Positions 6,605 through 10,779 of a stretch of 10,779 nucleotides of DNA are shown here, piece after piece. Source of the stretch: Thermovirgaceae bacterium (GTDB lineage: Bacteria; Synergistota; Synergistia; Synergistales; Thermovirgaceae); assembly GCA_046542505.1 (NCBI GenBank), contig JBKHBH010000077.1:1-10779 (forward strand). The letters are read 5' to 3'. Both the position numbers and the translations under genes were made by a program. The notes under the pieces were generated by a model. It did not search any database. It had not been told where the DNA came from and saw only the letters and a program-made list of their open reading frames with translations. Position 1 is the first letter of the stretch; each line of letters opens with the position of its first letter.

Positions 6605-8295
6605 ATACCAAAGAAACCATCGGGATTCTGGGAGGCCGCATCTATGATCCGGCCAACGGCGTCGATGGTGAAACAGGCGACATCTGGATCAAGAACGGCA
6701 GAGTCGTCGATCCGGAAGATGTGAACAAGGACGGGGTCGAGACGATAGATGCCCGGGGGATGAACGTTCTCCCCGGGGGTGTGGATATCCACGCCCATAT
6801 CGCAGGAGCCAAGGTGAACCACGGCCGCAAGATGTGTCCAGAAGAGCATGCCGCGCACACCAGGTCGCGGTACGGCGGCGGCCGTTCAGGTGCAGGTTTT
6901 ACCGTCCCGACGACGTTCATGACGGGATGTCTTTACGCAGAAATGGGATACACCACGGCAATGGAGGCGGCCTGCGCCCCCCTCGTTGCCAGGCATACCC
7001 ACGAGGAGCTTGAGGATATGCCTTTCCTCGACAAGGGGATGCTTGTCACTTTGGGAAACAACGAATTTCTCTTCGATTGCATTGCCAGCGGCGAGATTGG
7101 AAAGGCGAAGGATTTCATCGCCTGGACCCTCCAGGCGGCCAGGGGATACGGCGTCAAGGTCGTCAACCCCGGCGGAGTTTCCAACTGGAAGTATGAACGT
7201 TCAAATGTTTCCCGCTGGGATGGCGAGATCAAGGGATTCGACCTGACGCCGAGAAAAGTTCTTGATGCCTTGATCAGGATAGTCGATGAACTGGGGTTGC
7301 CCCATGGCATCCACCTGCATGGACTCAACCTCGGGACAACGGCTAGTGCCGAGCAGACCCTCGAATCGATCCGGTCCGCTCCGGGAAGACTCCACCTGAC
7401 CCATCTCCAGTTCATGAGCTACGGCGCCGACAAGAAAGGGCGTTTCCGAAACAGAAGCGAGGACCTGGCCGAGGCTGTCAATGCCAATGAAAACGTTACC
7501 TTTGATGTGGGGCAGATCGTTTTCGGTCCTGCCACAACAATGACCTCCGACGGCCCCTTCCAGTACAATCTTGGTACCATGACGGGGCACAAGTGGTTCG
7601 GCGGCGATGAGGAAAACGAGACCGGAGGGGGGATAGTCCCCATCAAATACAGCAGGAAGAACAAGATCAATGCCCTGCAGTGGGTGACGGGGCTCGAACT
7701 GTTCCTCCTCGCCCGCGATCCCTGGAGGGTGTTTCTGACCACCGATCACCCCAATGCAGGCCCCTTTTTCTGTTATCCCCAGGTGATTCGGCTCTTGATG
7801 GACAAGGATTACAGGAGGGAGATCCTGGAGACGCTTCCGCCCTCGGTAAGAAAGCGAACGGTTCTGGGCGACATCGAGAGGGAATATACTCTGGGTGAGA
7901 TTGTGACGATTACCAGGGCCGCGCCGGCCAGAACGCTCGGATTGAACCGGAAAGGACACCTCGGCGTCGGTGCCGACGGAGACGTCGCCCTTTTCCACCC
8001 CGATGATGACGGAGCCAGAAAGCCGAAATGCTCGAGCAAGATACCCTGCCGCCGCAGGCTCGACTTCCCGAGATGGGTTTTGAAGGCAGGAAGGGTGATC
8101 GTAAAAGACGGAAGCGTTATGGAAGCCGCCTATGGTGACTCCTGCGGGACGACGTTCCATGTGGAACCGGAGTACGACAAGGCAATCCGGGAGCCACTGA
8201 AAGAGCATTTCAAGCGGTATTACACCGTGTCCTACGAGAATTATCCCGTGCAGGATTGCTACATAGCGAAGGGAGAAAAGATCCCATGCCAGTAG
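6601..8295 (+). CDS. fwdA: Formylmethanofuran dehydrogenase subunit A (binuclear amidohydrolase; FwdA/FmdA/FhcA family), 564 aa
   Basis: PGGVDIHAHIAG.KVN.GR, YAEMGYTT..EAA, ARHTHEE, KVVNPGG (carbamylated Lys), HLH..NLG, HLTHLQF.SY, LTTDHPNAGPF..YP, TRAAPA..LGL..KGHLGVGADGD and YYTV...NYPV. ATGA overlap with fwdB and an AAGGAGG RBS. Confidence 0.96.
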   Translation: MNTKETIGILGGRIYDPANGVDGETGDIWIKNGRVVDPEDVNKDGVETIDARGMNVLPGGVDIHAHIAGAKVNHGRKMCPEEHAAHTRSRYGGGRSGAGFTVPTTFMTGCLYAEMGYTTAMEAACAPLVARHTHEELEDMPFLDKGMLVTLGNNEFLFDCIASGEIGKAKDFIAWTLQAARGYGVKVVNPGGVSNWKYERSNVSRWDGEIKGFDLTPRKVLDALIRIVDELGLPHGIHLHGLNLGTTASAEQTLESIRSAPGRLHLTHLQFMSYGADKKGRFRNRSEDLAEAVNANENVTFDVGQIVFGPATTMTSDGPFQYNLGTMTGHKWFGGDEENETGGGIVPIKYSRKNKINALQWVTGLELFLLARDPWRVFLTTDHPNAGPFFCYPQVIRLLMDKDYRREILETLPPSVRKRTVLGDIEREYTLGEIVTITRAAPARTLGLNRKGHLGVGADGDVALFHPDDDGARKPKCSSKIPCRRRLDFPRWVLKAGRVIVKDGSVMEAAYGDSCGTTFHVEPEYDKAIREPLKEHFKRYYTVSYENYPVQDCYIAKGEKIPCQ

Positions 8296-9752
8296 ACGAC
8301 CGGGCCGACCACACGGTATACCTCTTGCTGGGAGCGAATCTTGGAGACAGGCAGAGCAACATGCTCCAGGCCCTGCAGTACATACAGGGCAGGGCCTTCA
8401 TCGAGAAGGTCTCCTCCTTTTACGAGACAAAACCCGTCGGCAACGAACGGCAGCCCTGGTTTCTCAATCTGGTGTGCCGCCTCAGGACGGATATGGACCC
8501 CGAAGAATTCCTAGGTTTCCTCAAGTCCATCGAGATGCGTATGGGACGTGTGTCAGCTTTCAAAAACGAACCGAGGCCCATCGACCTGGACATCCTTGTT
8601 TTCGACAACCTTCAGCTAAACGGGGGGAAACTGACGATTCCTCACCCTCGCATGGCGGAACGGGCCTTTGCCCTTGCGCCCCTGGCTGAGATTGCTCCCG
8701 ACCTGGTTCCCCCGGGTTACGGGCTTTCGGTGAAGGAATTGCTTGAGACGGTGGATGACTCGGACGTCAGGAAGGTTGAGCAGAGCCTCAGGTTCAAGCT
8801 GGAAAGGGATATCCAGCACGGGAAACCGAACGTTCCTGTCAGCCTCAGCCGGGTGGGCGTCACCAACCTGAAACGGATCATCCGTATGGCAAATAATGGC
8901 CGTGAATCACTTTTTTACGCCGAGATGGACCTTTTTGCCTACCTCGACCAGGAGCATGCCGGGGTCCACATGTCACGGTTCAATGACGTGCTGGAGCGCC
9001 TGGTGGAGGAGATTACCCTGGAAGCGTCACCCAGCATCGAGGCAATGGCAGAGCGTCTTGCAAGACAGATCGTCCGAACCCAGCAAGCGGGACGGTCCGA
9101 AGTGTACATCCGTGCGAAATATCCGTTGAAAAAGCTTACCCCCGTAACGGGGAAGGAAGTGGAGGAACTCTACACCTTTATAGGGATCGCTGCCTGCAAC
9201 GGGGCGAATGTCAGGCGCGTGGTCGGCGTGGAGGTCGAGGGGATGACAGTCTGCCCCTGTGCCCAGGACATGGTGCGGAGCCATTCGAAGAAACTTCTCG
9301 TGGACGAGGGGTTCGGGGCGGAGGAAGCGGAAAAGATTCTGGGACTGCTGCCTTTGGCTTCCCACAACCAGCGGGGTCGAGGGACTCTTCTGATCGGTAC
9401 GGATCAGCCCGTCAGGGCGGAACACCTTGTCCATGTTCTCGAGGCGTCCATGAGCTCTGAAACTTATGAGCTGCTGAAAAGACCAGACGAGTTTTTCGTC
9501 GTCAACAAGGCCCACCAGAACCCGATGTTCACCGAAGATGTGGTTCGGGAGGTTTTCAGGAACCTTGTCGATATCTACCCGGATCTTTCCGATGAAACCT
9601 TCGTCCTCGTCAAGCAGGAGAATCTTGAAAGCATACACCAGCACAACGCTTTTGCAGAAAGGTCGGGGACCCTCGGAGCCATCCGCAGGGAGCTTCTTGA
9701 GCCGGCAACCGTTGGAGAAGTGCTGACCTTGCAGGAATGGCTGAAGTTTTAG
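8286..9752 (+). CDS. folK-mptA: Fusion protein: FolK (6-hydroxymethyl-7,8-dihydropterin pyrophosphokinase) + MptA/FolE2-family GTP cyclohydrolase, 488 aa
   Basis: N-terminal HPPK motifs YLLLGANLGDR, SSFYETKPVG, QPWFLN, PRPIDLDIL and LTIPHPRM.ERAF.L.PLAEIAP. From about 8808, DIQ...P.....LSRVGV, GVHMSRF, GMTVCPCAQ, SHNQRG, LLKRPDE..VV.KAH.NP.F.ED.VR and ESIH.HNA. No stop between the domains. ATG 8286 follows a GGGAG RBS. Confidence 0.92.
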   Translation: MPVDDRADHTVYLLLGANLGDRQSNMLQALQYIQGRAFIEKVSSFYETKPVGNERQPWFLNLVCRLRTDMDPEEFLGFLKSIEMRMGRVSAFKNEPRPIDLDILVFDNLQLNGGKLTIPHPRMAERAFALAPLAEIAPDLVPPGYGLSVKELLETVDDSDVRKVEQSLRFKLERDIQHGKPNVPVSLSRVGVTNLKRIIRMANNGRESLFYAEMDLFAYLDQEHAGVHMSRFNDVLERLVEEITLEASPSIEAMAERLARQIVRTQQAGRSEVYIRAKYPLKKLTPVTGKEVEELYTFIGIAACNGANVRRVVGVEVEGMTVCPCAQDMVRSHSKKLLVDEGFGAEEAEKILGLLPLASHNQRGRGTLLIGTDQPVRAEHLVHVLEASMSSETYELLKRPDEFFVVNKAHQNPMFTEDVVREVFRNLVDIYPDLSDETFVLVKQENLESIHQHNAFAERSGTLGAIRRELLEPATVGEVLTLQEWLKF

Positions 9753-9788
9753 AAAAAGGTCGAAGGAAGCCCGGGGAGGGGAGAAGCG

Positions 9789-10316
9789 GTGGAAAGGGTC
9801 AGGACAGCCTGGTGCATTACCGGCGCAGGATATTTTCTTGAAGAAAGTCTTGGACTGCTCGCCCGATGCGGGGATGTCACGCTTTTTTGCTCCAGGGCCG
9901 GCGAAGAAGTGCTCGGCATGTACCGCTTCATGGAAATACTTCGGGAGACCGGGATCCCTGTCGTCACGGACCGGGGGGCGAGTTCTCCTTCTTGCGGCGG
10001 CATGGCTCTCGGAAGATACGACCGCCTCGTGATCGCTCCGGCTACGGCGAACACCGTCGCCAAATGCGCCCTGGGGATTGCGGATACGTTGCCTACGAAT
10101 CTCTTTGCCCAGGCGGGAAAGGCCGGGGTCCCTTCGGTTCTGTTGCCAACGGACAGTGATGTGGTCACCACCTCCAAGGACCCCTCCGGTCGGAGTTTCG
10201 AAGTGCGCCTCAGGGAAGTGGATATGGAAAACCTGAAGAAACTCGCGTGCTTTCCCGGTGTCGACGTGGCCAGGAGCATAGAAAGGCTGGCGCAATGGCT
10301 TCATATCTCTTTTTGA
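9789..10316 (+). CDS. afpA: Archaeal-type flavoprotein AfpA / dihydromethanopterin reductase DmrB-like (HFCD flavoprotein fold), 175 aa
   Basis: AWCITGAG.FL.ES, FCSRAGEEVL.MY, G.YD.LVIAPATANTVAK..LGIADTLPTN.FAQAGK..VP...LPTD and R.VD.EN..KL. H4MPT cluster context; GGAGG RBS before the GTG. No ferredoxin insert of the DmrX type. Confidence 0.85.
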   Translation: MERVRTAWCITGAGYFLEESLGLLARCGDVTLFCSRAGEEVLGMYRFMEILRETGIPVVTDRGASSPSCGGMALGRYDRLVIAPATANTVAKCALGIADTLPTNLFAQAGKAGVPSVLLPTDSDVVTTSKDPSGRSFEVRLREVDMENLKKLACFPGVDVARSIERLAQWLHISF

Positions 10317-10779
10317 CAGGAGAACTGGCGGCTCCTTCGCTGGAGACGCTTCTTGAAAGAATGCAGCCGCCTTTCGAATGGACAGTTCACGTTCTCCCGA
10401 TCACAGTGGCCGCCCTTGCCGAGTGTCCCTGGATCGCAAGACACCTGCCTGACCTGTCGGCCTACGACGCCGTGATTTTTCCCGGACTGTGCCAGGGTGA
10501 TGTCCACTGCCTGGAGGAAAGTGCGAAAGCAACAGAGGTTTTCAGGGGACCGGAGCATCTCAAGGATATCCCCTCTTTTTTCGGACTTGAGAAAAAGAGC
10601 GTTTCCCTCGAGGAATACCGGATCACCATGTTGGCGGAGATCGTCGACGCCCACATGCTTGCAGGCGAAGAAATCCTGCGGCGGGCCCGGTCCTTCAAAA
10701 GGCAAGGCGCGGACATCATTGACCTGGGAGGCCCCGTTTCAGGTCCTTTCCCGGGAATTGGCGAAAGGGTCCGGCTCCT
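10295..10779 (+). CDS. Orf20-like dihydropteroate-synthase-related protein (DUF6513 N-terminal domain + pterin-binding barrel) of methanopterin biosynthesis; 3'-truncated by the window edge
   Basis: Open from ATG 10295 to the window end: MASYLFLTGELAAPSLETLL...VLPITVAALAECPWIARHL...DAVIFPGLCQGD...VFRGPEHLKDIPSFFG...LEEYRITMLAEIVDAH...EILRRARSFKRQGADIIDLG. LFLTG.LA, I.VAAL, RGP..L.D.P.FFG, AEI.DA and GADIIDLG are typical of Orf20/MJ0107-like proteins. Overlaps afpA by 22 nt. Absent from the ORF track because there is no stop in the window. Confidence 0.88.
   Translation, partial: MASYLFLTGELAAPSLETLLERMQPPFEWTVHVLPITVAALAECPWIARHLPDLSAYDAVIFPGLCQGDVHCLEESAKATEVFRGPEHLKDIPSFFGLEKKSVSLEEYRITMLAEIVDAHMLAGEEILRRARSFKRQGADIIDLGGPVSGPFPGIGERVRL

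Noticed and set aside
7201..10304. Long antisense ORFs 7201..8208 (335 aa) and 9027..10304 (425 aa)
   Set aside because: They lie opposite well-supported genes (fwdA, folK-mptA, afpA) and have no recognisable motifs, so they are shadow ORFs.
1..10779. Mobile elements, CRISPR arrays, tRNA or rRNA genes
   Set aside because: I saw no transposase or integrase motifs, regularly spaced direct repeats, or tRNA/rRNA signatures. The window is almost entirely tightly packed CDS.

Overview
A GC-rich bacterial window with all credible genes on the + strand. It encodes a tetrahydromethanopterin/methanofuran (H4MPT/MFR)-linked C1-transfer cluster preceded by an unexplained module. Gene order: 3' end of a LarC N-terminal-half protein with a His-rich tail (missing from the ORF track); a 262-nt structured intergenic region; a 598-aa Ala/Gly-rich protein of unknown function with its own strong terminator; a stand-alone LarC C-terminal-half protein; an MtdA-type methylene-H4MPT dehydrogenase; a COG2232/Orf1-type ATP-grasp protein lacking a canonical start codon; fwdD-fwdB-fwdA (FwdB keeps its Fe-S and Mo/W ligands, unlike methylotroph FhcB); a FolK-MptA fusion; an AfpA/DmrB-type flavoprotein; and the 5' part of Orf20, a dihydropteroate-synthase-like protein (missing from the ORF track). 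The best candidate for an undescribed system is the split nickel-insertase (LarC) pair bracketing the large unknown protein at the head of the C1 operon, possibly a Ni-dependent enzyme that feeds C1 units to H4MPT. The host is probably an anaerobic bacterium (inference only). All family calls come from motif recognition by eye, not from database searches.
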